A stretch of DNA of 64,000 nt from contig JAFGSV010000012.1 in NCBI GenBank assembly GCA_016934325.1, positions 44,373 to 108,372 of the forward strand. Reading direction: 5' to 3'. The first letter of the stretch is position 1. Every line of letters begins with the position of its first letter. The translations under genes and the position numbers were made by a program. The stretch comes from Candidatus Aenigmatarchaeota archaeon. Its GTDB lineage: Archaea > Aenigmatarchaeota > Aenigmatarchaeia > QMZP01 > JAFGSV01. A model generated the notes under the pieces. It ran no database searches. It had not been told where the DNA came from and saw nothing but the letters and a program-made list of their open reading frames with translations. Positions 45,989 through 55,284 of the stretch are shown here, piece after piece.

Positions 45989-48900
45989 AGTACTTCGGGT
46001 GCTCTACCTTCTTGGGTATCTTCTCTATCAGCATCTGGAACCTCTCCCCTATCCCAAGGATCTTGAGGTCCTTGGTGAGCCGCATGGCCCTCTCCAGCTT
46101 GTAGCCCTTGTCGGCATACACCTCGAACAGGATGTCGCCTTTCTTGACCCTGTCACCCATCTTCTTGTGCAGCAGTATCCCGGCACCCTTGTCCTTGGGG
46201 GTACCCGAGGCCCTCGCTATCTCGACGAGCGCACTGTTGTTGATCCATCCGACGGTGCCGTTCACCGTGGACTTGACATCCACGTTCTTCGACCCGATAG
46301 GCAGGTCGTCGGGCTTTATGCCCGGATCACCTCCCTGGGCTGCTATGATCTCCTTGAGCTTCTTGTAGGCCTTGCCGCTCCTGAGGAGCCTCATAGCCTC
46401 TTTGTTCCCCCCTCTGCCTAGCTTGAAATCCAAGAGAATCCCCGCCAGGTGCGTCACCTTGTCCACAAGGTCGCCAGGGCCCTTGCCGTTCATAAGCGTG
46501 CACAGGGCCTCCCTCGCCTCCAGGGCGGGACCGATCGCGAAACCGATCGGCTGCTCGCCGAAGGTCGATGCCCCCACGGTATTTATCTTCAGCATCTTCC
46601 CGAGCTCGATGAACCTCTCGGCAAGGCTCTCGGCCTCCTTCGTCGTCTTCACCTTGGCTTCCTCCCCTGTCGGGATGTCTATGACGAGGTATTTCGCGCC
46701 GACCGCCTTCTTCTTTGACATCACGCTCGGCAGCAGCAACGGGTCAATGGACAATGGATACTCTATCTTGATGAAGAGGTCGTCCGCCGGGGCCAGGTCC
46801 ACGGAGCCTCCCCATACGAGGCACCCGTTCGTCTTGTGGACCACCTTCTTGATCTCATCGAGCTCAAGCTCGACCGGCGCCAGGCATTCGAACCTGTCAG
46901 CGGTGCCTGCGGGGGACGTTATCGCCCTGCTCGATGTCTTGGGTATGGTAAGGCCCGCGGCTGCTATTATGGGGACGAGCACCATGGAAGTCTCATCCCC
47001 CGGGACCCCTCCTATACTGTTGTGTAAGAAAATCGGTCCATAACCACCAACGAAATTTTCATAACCTTCAACACAGAAATCGTAAACATATTCATGCCCT
47101 GCACAACTCACTTCTTCGATTGACTTGACAGCAAGAAATCCTAAATTTGAATATGCAATCCTTTTCGTTTCAGCCTCGCCCCCGTTTGGTACAAGGTCTA
47201 GAAGAGACCTAGCTTTATTAAAAGTAATATAACGGTTTCTTCTGAAACCCCTTCTGGTTTCATGGTCCCAAAAATCACAGCTACCGAACCTGTTTAGATT
47301 TGCCTGTTCTATGGGTATGAAATTGAGGAATGCTGCTGTATTCTTACCTCCATTCCCGAGCACGGGATTCGCTTGGGTATAAATGAAATTTACAGGTGCA
47401 GTTTCAGATTTATATCCGGATGGGAATTCCCTGAATCCGGCCTCCCTGTAGGAGGTGCTGTAAGAAATGCCGCACACGGATAAAAGGTACTGCAAACCTA
47501 TGGATAACTCCTTGCTTGCCGTATCTGATATGATTTCATAGTTCCTCCTGAAATAACCATCACCCTTGAAATAGCTCCTAAGGAACTCCAGTTGCAGTTT
47601 TCTTGGCAAGTTGAAAATCAGTTCTGGCACTTCCTTGAACCTCGCTCCGTGTTTGAGTTTGAAAACATTATCAAAGATTTTTGCCAAAAGCTTGTTATAT
47701 ACGTTCAAATGCACGGCTGTTTTATGGGGATGGGTTATAGTTGTTTCCAGACTGAAAACATTTCTCACACAATCTTTTATGTCTTTGATAATTTCCGTCT
47801 CCTTTGTCCCAAGAGAGAAATGGACGCCATTTTCATTGGTGTAGCCCTCAGCAATCCAGTAACCAAGGATTTTGACTAATGATTCCTTAACAGGAACAAA
47901 AATCGGAATCCCGTTTCCGTGTTTCAATTTGAGCTTGGCATTCGCTGGCAGACGGACCTTTTTCTTTCTGTAAACATTGAACGGGATTAAATCGTACATT
48001 CTTTCTCTAAATGGTATTATCCCTCGGTAACTTTCCGATACCCCTTTGATGAAAACATCTTCGGTCAATTCCGGCGGCAGTTTAAGCAACCCTCGAACTA
48101 AGTCTATTTTCTCAATATAGGCTCCCGATTCAGGTACTTCTCTCGGCACTACGACGAAATCACCAACCTTAAGATTCTTGGATGGTATCGATTTTATTTC
48201 ACCGTCTTTAAGCACGAAAAGGGAGTGGCAATGCGTGGTGACAACTTCTCTATTTCCGAGCAAAGTAATTTTATACAATTTTTTTGGTGCCGGATGCCTG
48301 TAAATCCCTGTAATGGGCTTGAAGGATATCTTGAGATTCCCGTCGAAACTCAAGGCCTCATAATCTGCATCTTCTGTTTCTATGTATTCGGCACGATTAC
48401 CAACCTTTTCTATTTTCTTGCAATTCATCTTAAAGAAATTATCAATAAACTCCCCTATTTTCACAAGCCTCCTTCTTCCCCCTTCCTTAATCATCACGGG
48501 AGTATCCCAGGTAACGGAATGCTTGTCATATACCACCTTCCTGCCGAGGTCCAGCTTCTTCCCCGTAATGGCCATCGCCCTGGAGAGGGCGGCTGCCTCC
48601 TTGGTTGTCATGCCGTGATAGTATAATGCCGTCACAAAGGCCGTCATCTCTATCTCCGACAGCTTCCTGTTTACCGTGTCCTTCACGATCTTGTAGATAT
48701 CGGAGTCCTTCAGCGCATTCCCGCTAAGCTTCTCCCTTATGTGTATCAGGGATTCGGGGGGTTCGGACGGGGAAATCTCAATCCTGTCCCCGCTGCCAGC
48801 TTCCATGTGCTCAGCTATCTCGCTATGGAGGCCTATCTGCCCGGGCTTGATGAAGCGGGTTGCGACATTGACGATGGCGGTCCCCTTCTTGCCGCGCAAG

Positions 48901-49013
48901 GAAAGCTCGACCCTGTCAAGGGGCCTGACATCGATATCCTCCGCATCCTCCTTGTTCAGGATTATGATGGGCTTATCCGCTTCCAGTCCAAGTAGCTTTG
49001 CCTTGAGCAGCAT
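45972..49013 (-). CDS. AMP phosphorylase (thymidine phosphorylase family), intein-containing
   Basis: Spliced sequence reads VVYDKH|SIGGVPG, then IPKTSSRAITSPAGTAD, WGGSVDLAPADD, SVMSKK.AVGA, IGPALEAREAL, KDKGAGI; in an operon with RuBisCO. Confidence 0.95.
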   Translation of the reverse strand: MLLKAKLLGLEADKPIIILNKEDAEDIDVRPLDRVELSLRGKKGTAIVNVATRFIKPGQIGLHSEIAEHMEAGSGDRIEISPSEPPESLIHIREKLSGNALKDSDIYKIVKDTVNRKLSEIEMTAFVTALYYHGMTTKEAAALSRAMAITGKKLDLGRKVVYDKHSVTWDTPVMIKEGGRRRLVKIGEFIDNFFKMNCKKIEKVGNRAEYIETEDADYEALSFDGNLKISFKPITGIYRHPAPKKLYKITLLGNREVVTTHCHSLFVLKDGEIKSIPSKNLKVGDFVVVPREVPESGAYIEKIDLVRGLLKLPPELTEDVFIKGVSESYRGIIPFRERMYDLIPFNVYRKKKVRLPANAKLKLKHGNGIPIFVPVKESLVKILGYWIAEGYTNENGVHFSLGTKETEIIKDIKDCVRNVFSLETTITHPHKTAVHLNVYNKLLAKIFDNVFKLKHGARFKEVPELIFNLPRKLQLEFLRSYFKGDGYFRRNYEIISDTASKELSIGLQYLLSVCGISYSTSYREAGFREFPSGYKSETAPVNFIYTQANPVLGNGGKNTAAFLNFIPIEQANLNRFGSCDFWDHETRRGFRRNRYITFNKARSLLDLVPNGGEAETKRIAYSNLGFLAVKSIEEVSCAGHEYVYDFCVEGYENFVGGYGPIFLHNSIGGVPGDETSMVLVPIIAAAGLTIPKTSSRAITSPAGTADRFECLAPVELELDEIKKVVHKTNGCLVWGGSVDLAPADDLFIKIEYPLSIDPLLLPSVMSKKKAVGAKYLVIDIPTGEEAKVKTTKEAESLAERFIELGKMLKINTVGASTFGEQPIGFAIGPALEAREALCTLMNGKGPGDLVDKVTHLAGILLDFKLGRGGNKEAMRLLRSGKAYKKLKEIIAAQGGDPGIKPDDLPIGSKNVDVKSTVNGTVGWINNSALVEIARASGTPKDKGAGILLHKKMGDRVKKGDILFEVYADKGYKLERAMRLTKDLKILGIGERFQMLIEKIPKKVEHPKYFILER
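47019..48518 (-). mobile_element. Intein (500 aa) with LAGLIDADG homing endonuclease in AMP phosphorylase
   Basis: Starts SVTWDTPV, block B TTHCHSLF, LAGLIDADG helices ILGYWIAEG and FLRSYFKGDG, ends VYDFCV...IFLHN|S(+1); AT-rich relative to the exteins. Confidence 0.93.
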
Positions 49014-49019
49014 AGAAAA

Positions 49020-50288
49020 TCATCGCCATTTCTTGAGTGCCAGCCTCAGCTCATCATTATCTTTGGCATGTTCCTTTAAATCAATTCCCAGCATGGCGGC
49101 ATCCACTGCCTGCCTGATCGCCATGGCACCGGACCGTGTCCCTTTCGGATGGCCGTGGCACCCGCCGCCGAACTGGCAGATGATGTCAGGGCCGAGTATC
49201 TCGACCAGCTTCGGTACGTGGCCGGGATGAAGCCCCCCTGAGCAGACGGCGAACACGGGCTTGATGCCCCTCCAGTCGTCGGACAGGACATGCCCGTGCT
49301 CCTTAATCACCCTGTGCTCGATCTCTTCGCCGATGTCGATTACGTCATGCTTGCTCCCATGCATCTTCCCGACCACCGTGCCTATGTGTATCTGGTCGAC
49401 GCCGATCAGCCTCGAGCACTCGGCCACCACGAGCATGGATATCCCGTGCATGGGGTTCCTGGTGAACGCCGCATGGCCTGCCCGGTGAGCGTGCAGGACG
49501 AGCTTGAGGTCCTCGTTCTCGTCCCTGAGCGTCTGCAGGCCCGACCAGCCTGCCGTCACGATGTCGACCATGATGTACTCCCCGCCGTGGTCCCTGACGA
49601 ACCTGGCCCTCTTCAGCATCTCCCTGCACTCCGCCGTTACGTTGGGCATGTACATCTTCCTGTCCCCCGTCTCACGCTCGGCCTTGTCCCGCAGCTTCAA
49701 TGTCTCAACGACCCTCTCCTCGAACCTGTTGAAGCCCATGCTCGACAGGTTCTCGTCATCCTTGACGATGTCAAGCCCCCCGCTCCATGCGTCGTAGGCC
49801 ACCATCGCGTGCTCGTGCTCGTCGAGGCCGACCTTAGGCTTGACGATCGTCCCTGTCAGCGGCCTCTTGCTGACGCGGAGCATGCGCCTGACCCCCGGGA
49901 TGCCGTGGAGCGGGCCCTTGAACGATTCCATCAGCTTCCGTGGCCAGTGGATAGATTCGAGCCTGAGGTTCCCGACCATCTTCATGCCGAAGATGTTGCC
50001 GGCTATCGAGCTTAGTATCTGGGGCATGTTGCCGGGCTCGAACAAATCTGCCGGATAGGCAATCTTCACCCACCTGCCCTTTATCTCGAACACCTTGGCG
50101 GCGATCCGCATTATGCTCGGCTTCATCGTCGCCACGTCGGTCCAGGTCCCGACGCTCGATTCGCTGGCCACGTGCTCTGCGGCCTGCCTGGCGGTGTAAC
50201 CATTGGCGGGCTCTAACGAGAATTCGCACACCATGTCCCTCTTCGACGGCTTGTAGCCGAGCTGCACGTAACCCATAAGTGTCACCAT
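49020..50288 (-). CDS. rbcL: Form III ribulose-1,5-bisphosphate carboxylase
   Basis: AS.ESS.GTW, IAGNIFGMK, GTIVKPKVGL, GLDIVKDDENL, HAHRAGH, GTVVGKM, SGGLHP, QFGGGCHGHP. Confidence 0.96.
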   Translation of the reverse strand: MVTLMGYVQLGYKPSKRDMVCEFSLEPANGYTARQAAEHVASESSVGTWTDVATMKPSIMRIAAKVFEIKGRWVKIAYPADLFEPGNMPQILSSIAGNIFGMKMVGNLRLESIHWPRKLMESFKGPLHGIPGVRRMLRVSKRPLTGTIVKPKVGLDEHEHAMVAYDAWSGGLDIVKDDENLSSMGFNRFEERVVETLKLRDKAERETGDRKMYMPNVTAECREMLKRARFVRDHGGEYIMVDIVTAGWSGLQTLRDENEDLKLVLHAHRAGHAAFTRNPMHGISMLVVAECSRLIGVDQIHIGTVVGKMHGSKHDVIDIGEEIEHRVIKEHGHVLSDDWRGIKPVFAVCSGGLHPGHVPKLVEILGPDIICQFGGGCHGHPKGTRSGAMAIRQAVDAAMLGIDLKEHAKDNDELRLALKKWR

Positions 50289-50337
50289 TTTATTATGTTT
50301 TGATTATCTCTTATTATGCAGCAGATGAAATAAATAA

Positions 50338-50808
50338 CTAATCAGAGCTTGTCGCATATCTGTTTCCGGTTATGTGATAGAGCCTTTTCCCGGAACCTTT
50401 GGTTTTCGAATGCACGACCTTCCCTATGAAAACGGTATGGTCTCCCGTCTCAACGCTGTCGACAACCTCGCACTCCAGGAAGCCGATTGCCTGCTTTATC
50501 CTGGGGCAGTCGATCTTACCGCACTCCTCCTTGCCGAACCCGCTATGCTCGAATTTGTCGGCGTTCCTGCCTGAAACGGAACCGCAATGCTCCATTCCCT
50601 TCTTCTGTTCAGCCGGCATGAAATTCACGCAGAAATTGCCGGAATCCCTGATCATGTCATGGGAGAACCTGGTCTTGCCGATCGAGATAGCGTACAGGCG
50701 CGGATCGAACGACGTGGGCATGTGCCACGCGAGGGTTATGATGTTGTCCTTCCCCCTGTGCCTGCACGTGACGAGGATCACCTGCCTGGGTCCGTCAATC
50801 TCGGGCAT
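50338..50808 (-). CDS. Flavin reductase-like FMN-binding protein
   Basis: NIITLAW..P.S.DP, FCVNF, CGSVSGR..DKF, LECEV...GDHTVFIGKV. Confidence 0.9.
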   Translation of the reverse strand: MPEIDGPRQVILVTCRHRGKDNIITLAWHMPTSFDPRLYAISIGKTRFSHDMIRDSGNFCVNFMPAEQKKGMEHCGSVSGRNADKFEHSGFGKEECGKIDCPRIKQAIGFLECEVVDSVETGDHTVFIGKVVHSKTKGSGKRLYHITGNRYATSSD

Positions 50809-50842
50809 CCATTCACCTCAACTTGAAAAAGAAAAACCAGGC

Positions 50843-51670
50843 CTATCCGAGCCAGGGATAAGCCTTCCTGACCTCCTGGATGAAGACCTCCGGAGGGAAA
50901 ACACCGAGCTCCGATATGATGGCGGTAATCAGATCGGGATCGACCCTCTCGAAGGCCAGGTTCATAATCTTGACCCCGGCGGGGGCGCCCGGCCAGACCT
51001 CCTTGGGGTCCCTTATCTCAATCGGCTCCTTGTTGCCGAATACGGTGGTTGCGTCGTACTTCCAGCTGTCCGTGCAGCAGTAGCAGCCGGTGTCGTATTT
51101 GTTCGCGATCTCGGCCATCATCTCCGTGCCTATCTTGTTCACGACCTTGCACTCGCTCGTAATGGCATCCGCCCCGAACAGGAACAGATCGCTATCCTTC
51201 AACGCTATCCTGGCCCCCGAATCAACGAACATAGTCACGGGTATTCCCAGCCTCTTCAGCTCCTTCGCAGTCTTCCTTCCCTGCAGCAGGGGCCTGGTCT
51301 CGGTGCAGTAGACCTCGTACCTCTTACCGTCGAGCTTCGCCCTCCTCAGGACATCCATGACGTTCGATGAGTGGCAGTGCGTGAAAACGGTCATGCCGTC
51401 ATCGATCTTCTTCGCGCCGTACTCTCCTATCTTCTTGTCAGAGTCGGTGAAGTGCTTCAGGGCAACGGGGCCGAGCTTCTTCGGGTCGGGCTTCACGAAA
51501 CCGATCGCGTTCCTCATGCAAGGCTCGGTCGGCCTCAGGGAAATCAGCTTCTTTATCGAGCGGGCGTCGTTTCTCAACATCAGGGCCCTGACGGCGGCTT
51601 TAGCGACGTTCTCCGCCCCTTGGATCTCTACCTTCTTGATCTTCCTGCATATCTCGTCAAACTTGTCCAT
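50843..51670 (-). CDS. Ribose-1,5-bisphosphate isomerase (eIF2B-like), short form
   Basis: IQGA..VA.AA, RPTEP..RNA, THCHSS.V, ETRP..QG, GADAI, NKIGT, N.AFE; upstream of RuBisCO and AMP phosphorylase. Confidence 0.9.
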   Translation of the reverse strand: MDKFDEICRKIKKVEIQGAENVAKAAVRALMLRNDARSIKKLISLRPTEPCMRNAIGFVKPDPKKLGPVALKHFTDSDKKIGEYGAKKIDDGMTVFTHCHSSNVMDVLRRAKLDGKRYEVYCTETRPLLQGRKTAKELKRLGIPVTMFVDSGARIALKDSDLFLFGADAITSECKVVNKIGTEMMAEIANKYDTGCYCCTDSWKYDATTVFGNKEPIEIRDPKEVWPGAPAGVKIMNLAFERVDPDLITAIISELGVFPPEVFIQEVRKAYPWLG

Positions 51671-51749
51671 ACTATTCTATTCTGTCCGCTATTATTAATT
51701 TCTGGCCGCAATTACCTTTTAATATCAGGCATCGAATAAAATAGTAGCC

Positions 51750-51869
51750 GCGGAGATGGCCGAATGGCTCAGGCGATCGGCTGCAGGCGGTGTGGCAAGG
51801 CTTCTGCTCGTTCCGAAGCCGATGACCGATAGACACCGGTTCATGGGGGTTCAATTCCCCCTCTCCGCT
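51750..51869 (+). tRNA. tRNA-Cys(GCA) with a 48-nt intron at 37/38 (51787-51834)
   Basis: Acceptor GCGGAGA/TCTCCGC with U73; D-arm GCC..GGC; anticodon stem ATCGG/CCGGT with loop CT-GCA-G|A; T-arm GGGGG-TTCAATT-CCCCC; BHB-like junction. Confidence 0.9.
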
Positions 51870-51881
51870 TTTATTAAAACT

Positions 51882-51983
51882 TTACGACCTGTCTTTGAGG
51901 GCGTTCTTTATCCCCTCAAGTTCGGATCTCATCCCTTCTAGTTCTTTCGTTATGCGTTTAAGCAACAGAATCGCATCTTTCAT
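51882..51983 (-). CDS. Candidate 33-aa coiled-coil peptide
   Basis: MKDAILLLKRITKELEGMRSELEGIKNALKDRS with a GGGGGT SD-like motif; divergent from the HxlR-like gene. Confidence 0.45.
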   Translation of the reverse strand: MKDAILLLKRITKELEGMRSELEGIKNALKDRS

Positions 51984-52111
51984 ATAAACCCCCGGACTTC
52001 CGGACTTTAGTTAATATATTACCATGTTTATTTATATACTGAACAAAATGGTATATATATAACTAATTTTATCAGGAAAATGATTAGTTTTAAAGTTGCG
52101 AATTCTAATTT

Positions 52112-52402
52112 ATGGTAACTAGAAAGGGCGTTTTGAACCTCATATCCAAGAAATACTCGTATAATATGCTCAAGACCCTCGAAAAGAGCCCTAAGAGGTT
52201 CGGTGAGTTGTCGGAAGTTTGCGAGGGGGAGAAGATGAGGTCGCAGAGGCTCAGGGAATTCGAGGAATTCGATCTCCTGAACATCAAAGTCAAAAGGATA
52301 GGCAGAAGGGCCATTTCTTTGTATGCTTTGTCCGAGAAGGGAAAGGAGACGCTGCGCCTTGCCGAGGATATCAATAGACTGCATGAAAAGAAGAATTCAT
52401 GA
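52112..52402 (+). CDS. HxlR-like winged-helix transcriptional regulator
   Basis: ISKKY...ML..L...PKRFGEL...K..SQRLRE.E...L...Y.LSEKGKE. Confidence 0.8.
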   Translation: MVTRKGVLNLISKKYSYNMLKTLEKSPKRFGELSEVCEGEKMRSQRLREFEEFDLLNIKVKRIGRRAISLYALSEKGKETLRLAEDINRLHEKKNS

Positions 52403-53074
52403 TTAAAGCATCCCAGATTCTTTTAGGCTCACATAGCCATCCTTGCCAATAATTATGTGATCGAGAACCTCTACTCCCAGCATTTTACCCGCTTTGGTCA
52501 ATCTTGCCGTGGCTTTGATATCGTCTTTACTAGGAGCCGGGTCTCCCGACGGGTGGTTGTGAACGAGTATCACGGCTTCTGCGGCTTCTATGAGTGCCGG
52601 CCCAAAGACCTCCCTTGGATGGAAGCTGTTGGTGTTAAGGCCGCCAATCGATATTATCCCTTCCTTAATTATTCTCATTTTAGAATCGAGATAGACCCCC
52701 CTGAACGATTCCTGCTTCGAATTCCTCATATCGTTCATTAACCTGGCTACATCGGCCGGGTATTCAACAACCCCGCTCATCCTTTCCTTTTCGGAAGTTG
52801 CCCTTCTACCAAGCTCCAAAGCGGCTATTATCCTGCAAGCCTTCGCTTTGCTGATTCCAAAAAATCCTCCAAGCTCGTTAACGCTCGCCTGGGAGAGTTG
52901 CCCAAGTGAATACTCTGCCAGTATCTTGTTGGAGAGATGGAGAACGCTTTCATTCTTGCTTCCAAAACCCAGAACAGCGGATAGCAGCTCAGAATTGCTC
53001 AGAATCCCCACGCCGTGCATCATCATCCTTTCCCTTGGCCTTTCTCGGGTCGGGATGTCTTTCATCCCTATCAT
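52403..53074 (-). CDS. radC: RadC/UPF0758 JAB-MPN domain protein
   Basis: ERPRERM...G...LS..ELL, HPREVF, HNHPSGDP.PS..D, LDHIIIG. Confidence 0.94.
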   Translation of the reverse strand: MIGMKDIPTRERPRERMMMHGVGILSNSELLSAVLGFGSKNESVLHLSNKILAEYSLGQLSQASVNELGGFFGISKAKACRIIAALELGRRATSEKERMSGVVEYPADVARLMNDMRNSKQESFRGVYLDSKMRIIKEGIISIGGLNTNSFHPREVFGPALIEAAEAVILVHNHPSGDPAPSKDDIKATARLTKAGKMLGVEVLDHIIIGKDGYVSLKESGML

Positions 53075-53115
53075 ATAAATAGGATTATTCAATTTCATGA
53101 TGAACTTGGAAATAC

Positions 53116-54054
53116 TCAGTCACGCACGCCCTCGGGCAGGACCCTGAACACGGTCTCGCCCTCCGGCAGGGAAGGGGAGTCTATGAGCCTTCCTATCCTC
53201 TTCTCGCCCTTGGATTTCCTGAGGTAGACCCTGAACGTCGCCTGGTGGCCGAGTATGTGGCCCCCTATGGGCGCCGTGGGGTCCCCGAAGAGGATGTCGG
53301 GCCTGGACATGACCTGGTTCGTGACATATATAGCCAGGTTGTAGATGTCCGCCAGCTTCTGCAGTTGGTGCAGGTGCCTGTTAAGCTTCTGCTGCCTGTC
53401 GGCGAGGGTCCCCCTGCCCGTGTAGTCGGACCTGAACGCGCTGGTCACCGAGTCAACCACGATGAGCTTGACGTTCCCCTGCTTCAGTATGTCCTCGCAT
53501 TTCTCGGCGAGCAGGACCTGATGGTCGCTGTTGTAGGCCTTCGCCACGAATATGTTCTCGAGGACCTTCTTGGGGTCGAGGCCTGCGCCCTTGGCCATCT
53601 GCTGAACCCTTTCGGGCCTGAAGGTCCCCTCCGTGTCTATGAATACAGCCTGTGCGCCAAGCCCCCCCTTGTCCCTGGGCATCTGCACGTTGACGGAGAG
53701 CTGCAGACCTATCTGCGATTTCCCCGATCCGAACGCCCCGTGCATCTCGGTTATGGCCTGCGTCTCTATGCCTCCGCCGAGCATCGCGTCGAGGGTCTTG
53801 GAGCCGGTCGTTATCTTCCCTATCTGCTCCCTTTTCTTCAACGCGACCGTGGCCGGCTCGAAGCCCATCTTGAGCATCTTCCTGGCCTCGGATATGATCT
53901 TCGCTGCCGTGTCGTCCCCGATTCCCGCGGCGACCGACAGGACCCCCGACGAGGAAGCGGCTATGCTCATCATGTCAGTGAAGCCCGCTTCCTTGAGCTT
54001 CTCCGCCGTCTTCTCCCCGATCCCGGGTATCTTCTCGATGCTTTCCTCGGCCAT
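53116..54054 (-). CDS. radA: DNA repair and recombination protein RadA
   Basis: HhH N-domain PGIG, GGGIETQAITE, GAFGSGKSQ, IDTEGTFRPER, VTNQV, IGGHILGH, DSPSLPEGE. Confidence 0.97.
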   Translation of the reverse strand: MAEESIEKIPGIGEKTAEKLKEAGFTDMMSIAASSSGVLSVAAGIGDDTAAKIISEARKMLKMGFEPATVALKKREQIGKITTGSKTLDAMLGGGIETQAITEMHGAFGSGKSQIGLQLSVNVQMPRDKGGLGAQAVFIDTEGTFRPERVQQMAKGAGLDPKKVLENIFVAKAYNSDHQVLLAEKCEDILKQGNVKLIVVDSVTSAFRSDYTGRGTLADRQQKLNRHLHQLQKLADIYNLAIYVTNQVMSRPDILFGDPTAPIGGHILGHQATFRVYLRKSKGEKRIGRLIDSPSLPEGETVFRVLPEGVRD

Positions 54055-54141
54055 ACGCAACCAGCTAAAACATAATTCTTCGCAAGTTATTTAAATTGGA
54101 AACTTTTCACTCACTTTTCACCCTGGATCGCGGGATCCGGT

Positions 54142-55179
54142 TCACTTTCCCAGGCTCTTGAGGAGCCTCTTGGATTCCTCTTTGACGTCGGTTTCCGCAA
54201 CGCTGTTGGCAAGGATCTCGGTCTCGTTGCTGAAATCGTTGGTCTTCACCCTGCCCTCGATCGTGAAGTCCTTGCCGAGCCCGCCGAACTTGGCCCAGAA
54301 CGATTCGGGCCCCTCCTTGTCGAACTCGCGCTTCACATCGTCGGCGCTCTTCCCCAGCATCTTCTCCGCCTGGTCCCTGAACAGGACGAACCTGATGTTC
54401 CCCGTGCCGTCGTCGATGACCCCGCTGAGCAGAAGATTGTACGTGGGCTCCACGGCGCCGTGGTCCTTGCACACGAACCCGCCTTCCTTCTCCTCGGCCC
54501 TGCTGCCGCACTGCGGGCAGACCTCGAAATACGGCTTCCTCTTGTAGACCTGGACCAGGCAGCCTTTCACCTGCACGTTCATCCCCGGCTTCAGCCTGCC
54601 GATCTCCATCAGCTGGGCAGGGCCCGCTGGCGCCTTCGGGTCGCTCGGGGGGGCTGACTGGACGGCTCCCATGTCGGGGGCATCAGCCCCCTCGATCTTC
54701 TTTATCTCTCCTCTCTTGCCGAGCCTCAGCTCGACGCCGTCGCTCCTCTTGTCCGGCTTCGCCCAGGCGCCCGAGACCTCAAGAATGTCGTCCTGGTCTA
54801 TCCCCAGCGAAGATATGAGCTTCACCTCGTCGTTCCAAAGAGGTAGCCTGATGGTCCCGGTGTCGTCCCCGAGTATTAGGCTCGCGACGACGCCCTTCTT
54901 CCCGTTCCTGTCGAACTCCCTGGGCTCGAAAGAGCTGACTACCTTTGCTGTTATGTTGACGGACCTCATGTCGGGCAGTATGTTCTTTATCTTGAGCCCC
55001 CTGCGGGTGTCCCTGATCAGCTCCACCCCCAGCTCCCTGCCGACGATGTAGGCGGCGCCTTCCTCGGACACCAGGCCGGACAGCTCCACCTGCTTTTCCT
55101 CAATGAGCCTCTTCACCTCTTCCTTGCCCTTGCCTGATTTCCCGGATATCTCCCTTACGAGCTCTTCAGCAGAAAGCAT
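54142..55179 (-). CDS. rpa: Replication protein A (OB folds plus Zn finger)
   Basis: LSGLVSEEGAAYIV, GDDTG.IR..LW, CPQC...CKDHG, IDDGTGNIR; upstream of radA. Confidence 0.9.
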   Translation of the reverse strand: MLSAEELVREISGKSGKGKEEVKRLIEEKQVELSGLVSEEGAAYIVGRELGVELIRDTRRGLKIKNILPDMRSVNITAKVVSSFEPREFDRNGKKGVVASLILGDDTGTIRLPLWNDEVKLISSLGIDQDDILEVSGAWAKPDKRSDGVELRLGKRGEIKKIEGADAPDMGAVQSAPPSDPKAPAGPAQLMEIGRLKPGMNVQVKGCLVQVYKRKPYFEVCPQCGSRAEEKEGGFVCKDHGAVEPTYNLLLSGVIDDGTGNIRFVLFRDQAEKMLGKSADDVKREFDKEGPESFWAKFGGLGKDFTIEGRVKTNDFSNETEILANSVAETDVKEESKRLLKSLGK

Positions 55180-55284
55180 GTTTATTCTTGGCCAGTTTAT
55201 TTTAAATGGTTATGTGCCCGTCCCACTTACTTTTCTGAATTTCGAAATTTAATAAGCCAAGAGACCAATAATCAATAGACTAGC

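Noticed and set aside
46985-47018. GDETS instead of the usual G(N/D)(K/R)T after the intein in AMP phosphorylase, as a possible inactivating change
   Set aside because: This position varies in the thymidine phosphorylase family, and all other motifs are intact.
51776-51845. Alternative tRNA fold using CCGAT (51826-51830) as the 3' anticodon stem
   Set aside because: It would leave a ~14-nt variable arm atypical for tRNA-Cys and no BHB; the CCGGT pairing gives a 72-nt mature tRNA.
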